Shown here: piece by piece, positions 11,041-21,016 of the stretch
Layout: the number at the start of each line of letters is the position of its first letter
How positions within the stretch are numbered: the first letter of the stretch is position 1
From: Fibrobacteria bacterium
Lineage (GTDB): Bacteria; Fibrobacterota; Fibrobacteria; UBA11236; JADFYW01
Length of the DNA stretch: 64,000 nt
Assembly: GCA_015232855.1 (NCBI GenBank)
Contig: JADFYW010000002.1
Span: 5,490-69,489, forward strand
Reading direction: 5' to 3'
Notes under the pieces: generated by a model
Database searches by the model: none
The model's input: only the letters and a program-made list of their open reading frames with translations
Told to the model about the DNA's origin: nothing
Program-made: the position numbers and the translations under genes

Positions 11041-11087
11041 TTTATTTGTGATAAAAGTATTTTAATATTTGTATATAACCACCCACT

Positions 11088-14000
11088 TTATTGGGCACAA
11101 CTCGCTTTGGGATTTTCGTATGCCCGCACCACTCCCTGGCGGTAAACAGAAGTATGCTGACCAGCTGAAGTGGTAAACTTTACTTTCCATATATATACCC
11201 CCGTACCTACAAGAGTTCCCTGGGTGTCTTTTTGATTCCAAACCAACCAGCTTTGCAGCCCACGAGGAGTGCGGCGGTAATGATTATCCAGTTCTTTGCA
11301 ACTCCCAAAGTATTGTGTAGACTGGTGAACAAACTTACCCAGATGATCAAAAATGGCTATTTCTGCAATATAGGCATCTGTAGAAAATACTTGTACGGTT
11401 GACAGACAATTTTCAGGGTATTGAGACAGACTGGACCCCTCATCAACCATCAATTCACATTCAATACCAGGTGCCGAAACAGAACCATCCTCTTGCAAAC
11501 CGGCGGGTTTTATCCACATACGCTGGTATTCATAGGTTCCCTCCTGATTTAGCACAAGAATTACATCACGGCCGGGCGTTACGTTTCCATTTTGGTCAAT
11601 ATGGAGGTTAGCAGACAGAGAGCTGGGATTGTTAAGAGAAACCCCAACAACCGGGACAAAAACGGTAGTATGGTTAATAGGGTTTAAATTCTCTATTCCA
11701 CGTATCTGCATCTCTAATTCTTCAGGCTTATTGGCATTGGGAGCGGCATCCACATAAGGTGAACCAGAATTCATAAATATTTCATCATCAACAAGTGGTT
11801 TAATGATATTTGCATTATTACTAATTACAAAGGTCCAAATGAGGCTGTCCGGGCTTTTTACCACAGGCTCTGAACCGGGAAAAGAAATAAGAGGATACGC
11901 CTCTGATTTTTCCATGTTTGGAGAAATAAACAGAAAAAGAGAGTCCCAGGGAGTTCCATTATTATGTGAAGCTCTTATTTTCTCCGAGAGGGTAATAACC
12001 AGAGTATCCGGCTGTTTTTGTAAATCACCGTTAGAATCTTTGTAATAGGTGTTATCTGAAGGGTGCTTCGTTGCATCCACAATTACAGCACCGATACCAT
12101 CTTCTATAAGAACTTCCTGATTTTGGAAAAGTTTGCCGACGGGCAGAGTGAGACTTGGTGGATTTGAAGGGTCAATACTCGTTTCACCAGCAAGAAATAT
12201 ATTGAGTTTTTCATCCAGACTCCCAGGCAAAAGTATGGCAATGGTTTGAGGATCTCCTGCCAAAAGATTAAGGTCAAAGTCCTGCATCACGGGGTCATAA
12301 AAAGCAGTATAGCCCGAGGCTCCTTCATAAGGCCAGTCTATAGAGGTAATGGGAGAAGGTAACTCAGACAATGGTTCCTTAAAACGAATATAAATTGAAT
12401 CAGCATGTCCGTCGCCATTACCATCTACAATCCAGGCCCTATCAACAGGAACATAGGCAGCATTAACATTTATGCTCGTAGAGACACTACCCATAAATCC
12501 GGTTAATATCATCTGGTTGTTGCTTGCATCAGAGAAAAGGGTACCTTCAAGAATATTATCTCTTTTGTTGGGCGTCTCGGAAAAGCCAATATTTACCATT
12601 GCCTCAAAGATTCCATTATCATTTGATGTTTCATATACCAGCACATCAAGAGTATCACCGGAATCTGTTTTAAATTTAACCAATAGGGTATCTTTCACAT
12701 TTAGCTTTGGGGTCTTATGAATGAGTCGGACTATTATCTGATTACCCGTTACTTCGTCATAGTGGCCAGTAATAGGAGTTCCCAAAATATCAACGAATTG
12801 AATAGTGGTACTCGTAGCATCCATAATGGTAACCTGCCCGTTAATTTTTGTACCGTAGACAGGGTCAGTGTATGTTGCCGACAGATTATCAATATCCTGA
12901 CAATGAAGTATGTCATCTGTCAGTACTCCTGAAACAGACTCCTCCTTTTTGACGGTTCCGCAGTATTTAGTTGAGTTGGCAGCAGTTTGTATCAGTATAA
13001 CATCTTCCAGCTTATCACCAGAGCTTTTACAGGTCACCTTATCCAAAAGAAGAGTGTCTACTATACTATTGGAAAAAGTCTGATCCACGATGCAGATTTG
13101 AACAGACGAGGTATTGCGGTTTATCTCTGCCCCGGTTTTAGCTTCTTTAATCGTAATCTCTTCTTTTTGATTATCATAGGCTACATTAATTACGGCTCTG
13201 GCCGTATCACCTGCAAGTTTTTCTACGGTACCACTTTTGTGAGTGGCCACTTCCACTTTTACTTCACCCGTGAAATAAAACTGTAGTTTGCCATCTCCTG
13301 ACACTGGCCAGGGATTATCATCCAAAGGCAGTTGAACAACCCACTCACCAATACTGTCTCTATATCCAGAAAAGCTCATATTAACTATTTCTGTATCCAT
13401 TATATTTACGCCCTGCCCATTAATGCTGGTGAGTGTGACTGCAACCAATTTATGAGTAATAGCGGCCACATAATCATCCTGGTAAGAGAGGTTCACATGA
13501 GAGATGGATGCGTCCCATTTACCTGCGTCCGTAAGCGAAGCAGGCGTAATAAAATCATCATTCGTAAAGGTAATGCGGCCCAATAGCTGGTTGGGTACAC
13601 CAAAACCTTTGCTATCACTAGCTTCCAATTTATCCAGAGGATCAATATACACCACTTTAAGATCATCACCCTTTCGGATTTCAAAACTGCCATTACTATG
13701 CGCAACAGGTGAAGGTCCTGTTAACAAAGAAACGGGGATACTGACCCCGTAAATACCGGGAGAAAATTCTGTGAGTTGGAAGACCTCTTTATCCGGGAGA
13801 TTCGTATTATTTTCACCCTTGCTATTTGTAAGGGTGACTCTATATTCACTAAGCCGGGTAGGATCAAAAATCTGATCTTCTACCACCACATACAAGGTTG
13901 TTTCATTCCCGATGAGATTTGTTATTGAGTCTCCATTTACATCTGCAAAATACACCTTACCCGGATTGGGAGAAGGTTTGACAAAAAAGGCCCCGGTGGG

Positions 14001-15488
14001 TTTGTCTTCTGTGTTTATGGGATTATCCCAGACGATATTTACCGTATCATAAGAAAAAGCCTCTACGGTATCGTTACCTGGTCCCGGCCCGCTTATAGCA
14101 AAATCAAGGGTATCAATAAATTCAAGAAACCTCCCCGTATTCTTTGGGTTAGAAATTATAATAGTTTCTCTATCCTTACCTGTAGTAGTAGTAACATCGA
14201 GTGAAACAGAAGTAAGTGTAGCGTAAGGAGTTGTTAATTTCACAATAAATTTATCATCTTTTTCAGTAAGTATACTAAGACCTCCCAGAGACTCGCCTAA
14301 ATATTTGGTAATTTGGATGGCTGAGGTATAGGACGTTTTCGTATAATTTTCTATGGTAGTATCACTACCTACATACCCCACTTTTTCCGCATAGGCTTGC
14401 AATTCGGTATTTTCAGTAATTTCTATGAGAGTACCGTTGTATACGATAAAAGAATCTAAGGCATTGGTCCGGTAATAAATAGTAGCATTGGCGGTAGTCG
14501 ATGAGAGGACCACTCTCTCTATAAATGCAAACTCTTTAGTAGCCGGATCTGCAACAGGAGCGTCCACTTTAAACCCCTCATGGGCAAAAGAGGCCCACAT
14601 TATGGCATCATAAACAATTTGTTCGGTAGCACTGGTATTTTGGATATTGTGCGGTTGAAATGAAAGACTTACCCCACGGCGTTTCTCGTTACCAAAGGCT
14701 GCTATAACCGATAGCTCTGTTTCCCCACCTATATAAGTACTTGCAGAAGCATCATAAGCACGTTGATATCCCATGAAGGATAATTGATGAAGGTAACCGG
14801 GGAGTACAGAGTACTTATCAGCATCAGCATGACAGCGTCCATCAGGCGCAAAAGGTTTGAAATCAAGTCGGGGGTTATCGAGTAAGTGATTGAGTGCATT
14901 GGTAATAATGCCGGGTTCCTGGGGAACATCACCCGTACTGTGAAGGTCTATCCATAACTGGTCATCCGGCTGGTCATATTGATGAGCGTCACCCATGGGT
15001 AGAGGACCATTATCAACATTGGTGAACCCAAATACATCCTGAGCCAGGTGGGCCGCGTCATCACCCACCGAAACAACCCCAATACCACTGTCTGCGGCAT
15101 TATTTAATATAGAAGAAATGTAGGGACCATTGGGAGCACCAGAATGCCCAGCTTGTACATGCACTATTACATGAGGCAACAGGGGAGCCCAGACAGATTG
15201 GACATCACTCCATTGGGTCTCGAGGGTTTTTACAACTTTGATATTAGTAACGCCTAAAAGAGACCTGGTTACAAAATCTTTGTTATCTAAGCCTGTGGCT
15301 TTAGTTCCTTCAGGGCAATAAGAATGACCAACTGCGGTATGATTCCATATGACAAGTATTCTCACACTGTCTTCATGGATCTTACTATAGCGATACTCAG
15401 CCTGTGACCATACAGGGGAAGAAAAGATACTGCTGAAAACAATAAAAAGTAAAGCGTTCAGACTTAGAATTTTATAATTAACAATCAT
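11088..15488 (-). CDS. giant secreted multidomain protein (chitobiase/hexosaminidase-C-like Fn3 module, many Ig-like repeats, FlgD-Ig/T9SS-like C-terminal domain)
   Basis: 1466 aa with a signal peptide (LLFIVFSSIFSSPVWSQA). ATIYYRTNALDSFIVYNGTLIEITENTELQAYAEKVGYVGSD resembles CHB_HEX_C-type modules. The C-terminal stretch WNQKDTQGTLVGTGVYIWKVKF resembles FlgD-Ig/CTD domains. The function of the N-terminal ~300 aa is unassigned. Confidence 0.55.
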   Translation of the reverse strand: MIVNYKILSLNALLFIVFSSIFSSPVWSQAEYRYSKIHEDSVRILVIWNHTAVGHSYCPEGTKATGLDNKDFVTRSLLGVTNIKVVKTLETQWSDVQSVWAPLLPHVIVHVQAGHSGAPNGPYISSILNNAADSGIGVVSVGDDAAHLAQDVFGFTNVDNGPLPMGDAHQYDQPDDQLWIDLHSTGDVPQEPGIITNALNHLLDNPRLDFKPFAPDGRCHADADKYSVLPGYLHQLSFMGYQRAYDASASTYIGGETELSVIAAFGNEKRRGVSLSFQPHNIQNTSATEQIVYDAIMWASFAHEGFKVDAPVADPATKEFAFIERVVLSSTTANATIYYRTNALDSFIVYNGTLIEITENTELQAYAEKVGYVGSDTTIENYTKTSYTSAIQITKYLGESLGGLSILTEKDDKFIVKLTTPYATLTSVSLDVTTTTGKDRETIIISNPKNTGRFLEFIDTLDFAISGPGPGNDTVEAFSYDTVNIVWDNPINTEDKPTGAFFVKPSPNPGKVYFADVNGDSITNLIGNETTLYVVVEDQIFDPTRLSEYRVTLTNSKGENNTNLPDKEVFQLTEFSPGIYGVSIPVSLLTGPSPVAHSNGSFEIRKGDDLKVVYIDPLDKLEASDSKGFGVPNQLLGRITFTNDDFITPASLTDAGKWDASISHVNLSYQDDYVAAITHKLVAVTLTSINGQGVNIMDTEIVNMSFSGYRDSIGEWVVQLPLDDNPWPVSGDGKLQFYFTGEVKVEVATHKSGTVEKLAGDTARAVINVAYDNQKEEITIKEAKTGAEINRNTSSVQICIVDQTFSNSIVDTLLLDKVTCKSSGDKLEDVILIQTAANSTKYCGTVKKEESVSGVLTDDILHCQDIDNLSATYTDPVYGTKINGQVTIMDATSTTIQFVDILGTPITGHYDEVTGNQIIVRLIHKTPKLNVKDTLLVKFKTDSGDTLDVLVYETSNDNGIFEAMVNIGFSETPNKRDNILEGTLFSDASNNQMILTGFMGSVSTSINVNAAYVPVDRAWIVDGNGDGHADSIYIRFKEPLSELPSPITSIDWPYEGASGYTAFYDPVMQDFDLNLLAGDPQTIAILLPGSLDEKLNIFLAGETSIDPSNPPSLTLPVGKLFQNQEVLIEDGIGAVIVDATKHPSDNTYYKDSNGDLQKQPDTLVITLSEKIRASHNNGTPWDSLFLFISPNMEKSEAYPLISFPGSEPVVKSPDSLIWTFVISNNANIIKPLVDDEIFMNSGSPYVDAAPNANKPEELEMQIRGIENLNPINHTTVFVPVVGVSLNNPSSLSANLHIDQNGNVTPGRDVILVLNQEGTYEYQRMWIKPAGLQEDGSVSAPGIECELMVDEGSSLSQYPENCLSTVQVFSTDAYIAEIAIFDHLGKFVHQSTQYFGSCKELDNHYRRTPRGLQSWLVWNQKDTQGTLVGTGVYIWKVKFTTSAGQHTSVYRQGVVRAYENPKASCAQ

Positions 15489-15540
15489 TTTTTCCTTGTC
15501 TTATTAAGGTTTTTTACCAGTTTCATTTACGTTCCTGCGT

Positions 15541-17859
15541 CTACAGGAGACTGATTTTCTTTATTGCTAAAACTTGTTTGCCAGTTTCTTCTGAAGAGGA
15601 CACTTTCAGAAAAAGTACTCCCTTTGCCAAGCGGCTTAACAAGATTTCTGTTTTGCCTTGTCCATTTTGTTCCACCAGGACCTGTCCATTTAAGTTAAGG
15701 AGGGTTATATGGTATCCTTCTAAAGAAGACGGCACAATTTGCAGAACTTTATTCTGTACACCTATTTTAAATTGAAGAAGAGAAGGGGGTATCTTCTGAG
15801 AGAGCGGTGGAGTGTTTAATATCATATTGGAATCACGATATTCATCACCTTTGGTGCCCATTTCATAATAGGGCGGCGGTAAAAAATCAGTAATTTTAGA
15901 ATACACCGTGGCATTTTCTTTGATAGTCCAATCGCCATTTGTCTGATTAACAAACATATTTTCATCATTACCAGAGGTATAATTATTATTAATACCCGCC
16001 CATTCTGCTTTAGCGTCTGTAACCTTGGTTACCCGGTAAAATAAATTTTTAACGATGAGGTTCCTTTTGGGTTTTGCCGGAGTATCATTCCAATAGTTGG
16101 CCAACGTTGGATAAGCCGTACTATAGGGGGGTTGTGTATGGTTTACGTAATTAAGATGGTATTCAATGATTCCGCCGGGAACGATGAAGGCCGCCCCCCA
16201 CCCTTCACCACGATTATCAATATGCACACTCAACTCGCCAAAAATAAAAATATTGTTAACTACATAATTATCCATTCCTCCGCCTATAAGTACCGTTATT
16301 GAGCCTGCGCCAAAAAATATATTACCATAAACCTCAACTCCGCAAGCCATGTCATCTATATAGACTCCTGCACTTGTTCCATAGCTCCCAATGTGATGAA
16401 GATAATTGTATAAGATTCTATTGCCCTGTTCACTGGGGTTGCGTCCCAGGTAGATAGCTCCCATATCTTCTGCGTGCTGTACCACATGGTGTATATGGTT
16501 ATGTTGTATTATGATATTATTCCCTCCATATATGTATATGGCCATATTGGGTGCATTATATATTTCATTATGTTCAATGTAATTTTCAACGCCTCTCACG
16601 ACAATACCACTGGTACGACAGTCATCGAGACGTTGATAATTAAATATTTTACAATTACGCACAAAACATTTACCCGGCGCTAAGGTAAGGCGGTCTCCGC
16701 CATCCATCCATATTGCACCAGAGCCGGTATTATAAATATCACAACTTTGTACACCGTTTAAGCTCCCATCATGAGAAAATACCGCCCGCAACCCAAGGTT
16801 CCGTAAGGTACAGCCTGCTATTAAGACTCCCTTAGTTCTCTCCATAAAAATACCATGGGACCTTGATGACTCAAAATTAATATGTTTAAAGGTAACGTAT
16901 TCCGTACTATCTAATCGAAATAAGGTAGTATCTAAAAGAGACACCGTTATATCAGAAGAGCCTGTTTGGGAGCGGGGATAAAAATAAACTACTCCGGTAT
17001 TCCTATCCAGATAATACTCTCCTGGCATATCCAATTCTTCCAGAATATTTCGGGCAAAATATCCCTGCCATTCTCTACCTGATTTAATACCATCATGAAA
17101 AGAATTTGCGAGGGTCACCGTTCCATTAGCTTTGTTAATGGCTTTCACTCTAAGCATACCGGGATTAAACCCATAGCTCCAAAGGCCCTTCAAAAAAATA
17201 TCACCAACATTTGACCAAAGAGCATGCCTGTTATCATTATAATAAAAGACACCACCCCTGTTGTCTGCAGAATTACCTATAGCTCCAGGGTCAAGTACTC
17301 CACCGGTTTGTACTATACCGGTATTGGGCCAGCGGGCAAGTACCATAGCAGAATCGTCTATAAATAGCTCCAAGCCTACACGTTCTTCCGTTTCCCCATA
17401 TTCGCCTAATTGACGTCCCCAGCCATTGGCAGTGATAGTACCGTACTCCGTTATACCCAAGGAAGCAAGATCTATTTGCTTAATGTATGGCCTTGCTGCC
17501 TCGTCAATAATTTTTTGCAATACGGTGCTATCTTTTACATCAGTCACATATTCAGAGGATATTTTACGACCTCCCACAATCCTTGCCTTCTCGCCTGGAT
17601 AAGAGCTATACAGAATGGGTTTTTCAGCAGTACCCGAATGTTCTTTCGTAAGCCTGAATGGTTTGGTCCTTTCGTATACTCCTCCCCGCAGCCAAATAGT
17701 AGAGCCCGCATTACTCCCTACCACATCACGGGCTTTTTCCAGAGTTTTATAAGGTGAACCTATTGAACCGCTATTATCATCATTCCCATCCGGAGAAACA
17801 TACACTTCCATGGTATATGCTGAACATATTGCCAATAAAATTATAATAATCTTTAACAT
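15541..17859 (-). CDS. secreted right-handed parallel beta-helix repeat protein with T9SS-type C-terminal domain
   Basis: 772 aa. The N-terminus VYVSPDGNDDNSGSIGSPYKTLEKARD is typical of pectate-lyase-fold proteins. It has repeated N/G/I-rich beta-helix turns. The C-terminus is GVLFLKVSSSEETGKQVLAIKKISLL. Confidence 0.6.
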   Translation of the reverse strand: MLKIIIILLAICSAYTMEVYVSPDGNDDNSGSIGSPYKTLEKARDVVGSNAGSTIWLRGGVYERTKPFRLTKEHSGTAEKPILYSSYPGEKARIVGGRKISSEYVTDVKDSTVLQKIIDEAARPYIKQIDLASLGITEYGTITANGWGRQLGEYGETEERVGLELFIDDSAMVLARWPNTGIVQTGGVLDPGAIGNSADNRGGVFYYNDNRHALWSNVGDIFLKGLWSYGFNPGMLRVKAINKANGTVTLANSFHDGIKSGREWQGYFARNILEELDMPGEYYLDRNTGVVYFYPRSQTGSSDITVSLLDTTLFRLDSTEYVTFKHINFESSRSHGIFMERTKGVLIAGCTLRNLGLRAVFSHDGSLNGVQSCDIYNTGSGAIWMDGGDRLTLAPGKCFVRNCKIFNYQRLDDCRTSGIVVRGVENYIEHNEIYNAPNMAIYIYGGNNIIIQHNHIHHVVQHAEDMGAIYLGRNPSEQGNRILYNYLHHIGSYGTSAGVYIDDMACGVEVYGNIFFGAGSITVLIGGGMDNYVVNNIFIFGELSVHIDNRGEGWGAAFIVPGGIIEYHLNYVNHTQPPYSTAYPTLANYWNDTPAKPKRNLIVKNLFYRVTKVTDAKAEWAGINNNYTSGNDENMFVNQTNGDWTIKENATVYSKITDFLPPPYYEMGTKGDEYRDSNMILNTPPLSQKIPPSLLQFKIGVQNKVLQIVPSSLEGYHITLLNLNGQVLVEQNGQGKTEILLSRLAKGVLFLKVSSSEETGKQVLAIKKISLL

Positions 17860-17993
17860 TATCTCTCCTTAATGCCTCTGAACCAGAGTTTTTCGTTATA
17901 AATTTGCGATGCTACAACTTCTAATTTATACTCGGACAGAAAATATTGAAAGTCGATTTACCTTATAAGTGATGAATTTTTTTTCTACACCCC

Positions 17994-19934
17994 TCAATTT
18001 GATTTTTGAATGGTTATCATTTTTGAGCCGGATTTTTGGTTTTGAAAACTAAGGGCAATCCACGCCGCACTACGAGCAACTTTAGACAACCTCACTTCAT
18101 CAATTACACCATGAAAATACTCACGGGTATTACCGGGGTCCCACCCAATTACAAAATCCCCTTCGGAATCAATGTCTCTATTTGCCTGCACACCGGAGGC
18201 TTCTGGTACACCATTAACATATAAACGGGTAAGACCATTTAAGCGCTGCATACTGACCTGATACCAATTATGCAGTAGTATATGGGTACTACTGGTCAAA
18301 GAATCCTTAGCCATGTCTTCTGATAAACGCCCAACCAGAAGGCTATCCCGGAAAACCTCTAACTCAAAACTCCCTTGTTCCAGATTAACCTGAGAGTATT
18401 TACTAATGATTTTCCGGATAAAAGAAATGGTCTCTACTTGTACCATGGCCGATAGGGTAAAATCACCCGTTCCAACATTCAGCGTGTTGTTATGAGGGAT
18501 CTCTATAAAACCGGAAGTACCATTAAAAAACTGAGCTCTGTCAACCATGCCTCCAGATTCAAAGTAGTTAGTCATGTTGGTACCTGTCCCATGGTTCCCG
18601 TTCACCGTAGCATCCCGGTACCCTTCTGGCTCGTTATTGGCCAGTTCCGCCAGATGCCAAACCCCCATAAAACCATTGGAAGTATCGAACACATTCACCC
18701 CGCTTGATTGTGAAGAAGCGGTATCGTTTCCGGTAAAAAGGTAAATGGACTGGCTATCAGAGGCTCCATAAAGCGTATCGACTTTTACCCAGATTTCAGC
18801 TCGTCCACCGGCAGAGTTCCAACGCTCTATCTCAAAGTTTAGCGGAGTGCGACCATCTGATTTGGTAAATCGAATACCAGAACCATCCACATTTAAAGAA
18901 AGAAATGAAGATAACGATAAATCTAAACGTATCAGAAGAGGAAAATCATATACATCCTCAGCTACATCTGCACCCGTAGCCGAGGTATTAATAATAAACG
19001 TTGTAGTATCCTGCCAGAAACGATAGGGTTCGGGATCAAGTGCTTCCCCCAGCTCCAGTACAACATCTTCAATTGTCACACCCCATTCTACATCTACTTC
19101 TTTTTCCACCCCCTCACGAGGCGGATCCACTCCCCATGTCCGGAGGACATATTTCCCAGCCTCCAGATTTGAAATTTCAAATATCCCGGTTGTTGAATCC
19201 AAAACTATTTCGGTGGTTTTTCCCACAATCGAAATTGCAAAACTACCGTCATGGCCCAAAGGTAATTTGACCCTACCAACGATTCCCCCAAACAACGGCG
19301 AACCCGCTTTCAGAACGATATCAGCAGATTCCTCTCCTGATATAACGGTCACGGGGTCTGACTCAACCCTATTCCCGGGAGGATCTATTCCTGTGACTCT
19401 GAGCGTATAGACTCCTGCCGCTACATGAGGTATGTCATAGCGTGACGTCCCTGAATCAAGAACAACTTCGCTACCGGTTCCCAAAATCTGAATAATTATG
19501 CTGCTTCCCGGATATTCAGAAAAATCCACAGAGCCCGATATTGAGCCGGTTGCAGACACGATGGACGTTCCTAAAGTTATTGGCAAACTATCAGATTTTT
19601 CTACCGGAAGTTTAACCGCAAAAGAGTCGTTTGCATAAGCCAACACGATATAAGAACCAGTGTCTTCAATAACAAACTCAAAAAAACCATGCGCATCTGT
19701 TGTATCAACCTGGAGAAAGTTTGGAGAAGTCCCCCTTTTGAGTAAAGAGCTGTTATCCTTTGCAAAAGTAGCTGAACGAATAGCTACTTCGATGTTTGGT
19801 ACAGGTGTTCCTTTTTCGGTTACGATATTACCGGAAATACCATTGGTAGTTTCTGAACCAACGGTCGTATCTGACACCTCTGTATTACAACCAAACAGAA
19901 TAATCAAAAGAAACAGGAGTGACCACAACTTCAT
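17994..19934 (-). CDS. lipoprotein with carboxypeptidase-regulatory-like repeats, a DUF2341-like module and a LamG/concanavalin-like C-terminal domain
   Basis: Lipobox-like LLIILFGC. The stretch FPLLIRLDLS...GIRFTKSDGRTPLNFEIERWNSAGGRAEIWVKV looks like DUF2341. GVIDEVRLSKVARSAAWIALSFQNQ is typical of the LamG tails of that family. Its ATG overlaps the stop of the upstream TIGR02147-like gene (ATGA at 19931-19934). Confidence 0.55.
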   Translation of the reverse strand: MKLWSLLFLLIILFGCNTEVSDTTVGSETTNGISGNIVTEKGTPVPNIEVAIRSATFAKDNSSLLKRGTSPNFLQVDTTDAHGFFEFVIEDTGSYIVLAYANDSFAVKLPVEKSDSLPITLGTSIVSATGSISGSVDFSEYPGSSIIIQILGTGSEVVLDSGTSRYDIPHVAAGVYTLRVTGIDPPGNRVESDPVTVISGEESADIVLKAGSPLFGGIVGRVKLPLGHDGSFAISIVGKTTEIVLDSTTGIFEISNLEAGKYVLRTWGVDPPREGVEKEVDVEWGVTIEDVVLELGEALDPEPYRFWQDTTTFIINTSATGADVAEDVYDFPLLIRLDLSLSSFLSLNVDGSGIRFTKSDGRTPLNFEIERWNSAGGRAEIWVKVDTLYGASDSQSIYLFTGNDTASSQSSGVNVFDTSNGFMGVWHLAELANNEPEGYRDATVNGNHGTGTNMTNYFESGGMVDRAQFFNGTSGFIEIPHNNTLNVGTGDFTLSAMVQVETISFIRKIISKYSQVNLEQGSFELEVFRDSLLVGRLSEDMAKDSLTSSTHILLHNWYQVSMQRLNGLTRLYVNGVPEASGVQANRDIDSEGDFVIGWDPGNTREYFHGVIDEVRLSKVARSAAWIALSFQNQKSGSKMITIQKSN

Positions 19935-20761
19935 TCAATCATGCCTTTGGTTACTTTTGAAAGCGGGAAAATCTGCATATTTATTTGGTACACGCTGTCT
20001 ATTTCCTGGCCTTTCTGATTAAGTTGCAAAATGGACTGTCGTAGCTTTTTAACTTGTGACTTAATTTCTTTTAAATTTCGCGCATTTATAGCGACGGTGA
20101 TCGTTGAAATATCCCGGGTTTCTTTTGGATGCCGCTCAAGAGATTCCCCGCCCATCCGGATCATTTCCAGTTGAAATTTACGAATTGCCACTGATTTCCA
20201 TTGATCTCCTGTTGTAAGTGTTGCTTCGGTGATTTCATAAAGGCCATCTTTATTCTTTTTGATAAACTTGAGTGCTTCAAGTAACTGCAGAGATTTTTTA
20301 ACCTCTTTTGCACTAATGGGGGGAGTTAAACTCTTCCCAAATTCACTATAATTAGCTTTTAATTTTTTAAAGGCTAACATACAGCGAATCGCAGTATGAT
20401 ACCATTTCTGATAAAATTCATACTCAGATTTCTCTGTTTTATAGGCCTCCATCTCCTTTAGAGATAAAAGTTTCTCAAAATAGACAGCAATGGTCCGGGG
20501 AGATTTGGCTCGTCCATAATGAACAAGCAGATCAAAGTACTCCGCTTCTTTACCTTTTAATCCACAAAAATCGATAACACGAGGTATTGCAGCTTTAGAA
20601 AGGGGCATTTTGCCCTGGAGTACTTTTACCAAAAAACCCGGGTCAAGCAGGAGCCTCCTGCCCATATACCGATATGAAAAAAACTCATTTTCTGCCTTTT
20701 GCGATTCATACCAGTCTTTTAGGTATTGGTTATAATTTAAGTACTTATAAATGTTAATCAT
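19931..20761 (-). CDS. TIGR02147-family protein (Fibrobacter-type putative HTH regulator, DUF4423-like)
   Basis: 276 aa. The N-terminus YLNYNQYLKDWYESQKAENEFFSYRYMGRRLLLDPGFLVKVLQGKMPLS and the C-terminus VYQINMQIFPLSK match my recollection of the F. succinogenes TIGR02147 paralog family. Confidence 0.6.
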   Translation of the reverse strand: MINIYKYLNYNQYLKDWYESQKAENEFFSYRYMGRRLLLDPGFLVKVLQGKMPLSKAAIPRVIDFCGLKGKEAEYFDLLVHYGRAKSPRTIAVYFEKLLSLKEMEAYKTEKSEYEFYQKWYHTAIRCMLAFKKLKANYSEFGKSLTPPISAKEVKKSLQLLEALKFIKKNKDGLYEITEATLTTGDQWKSVAIRKFQLEMIRMGGESLERHPKETRDISTITVAINARNLKEIKSQVKKLRQSILQLNQKGQEIDSVYQINMQIFPLSKVTKGMIE

Positions 20762-20815
20762 CTCTAATTAAGATAGCGGTAAAATGCGGCTTCACAAGGC
20801 AATCGACGAATAATT

Positions 20816-20844
20816 TGTTGAAATTTATTTCAACGGGTAACCCG
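20816..20844. promoter_or_regulatory. two abutting palindromes upstream of the TIGR02147-like gene (candidate operator)
   Basis: GTTGAAATttATTTCAAC (20816-20833) overlaps ACGGGTaACCCGT (20832-20844). They lie 55-85 bp upstream of the start codon at 20761. Confidence 0.3.
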
Positions 20845-21016
20845 TAAATAGCCGTTTTTATCGTTTAACAGCGGTTTTCACCGTAATTTAATCGTCAAAA
20901 CCGATTTTTGCAATTAATTGTATTTTACAGAGGTTTTTGTGAAGACCATAAAACCTCTTTTAAATAACAATTATCATTTTACAGAGGAATAATCATTATC
21001 CTTATTTTAAGTTCAC

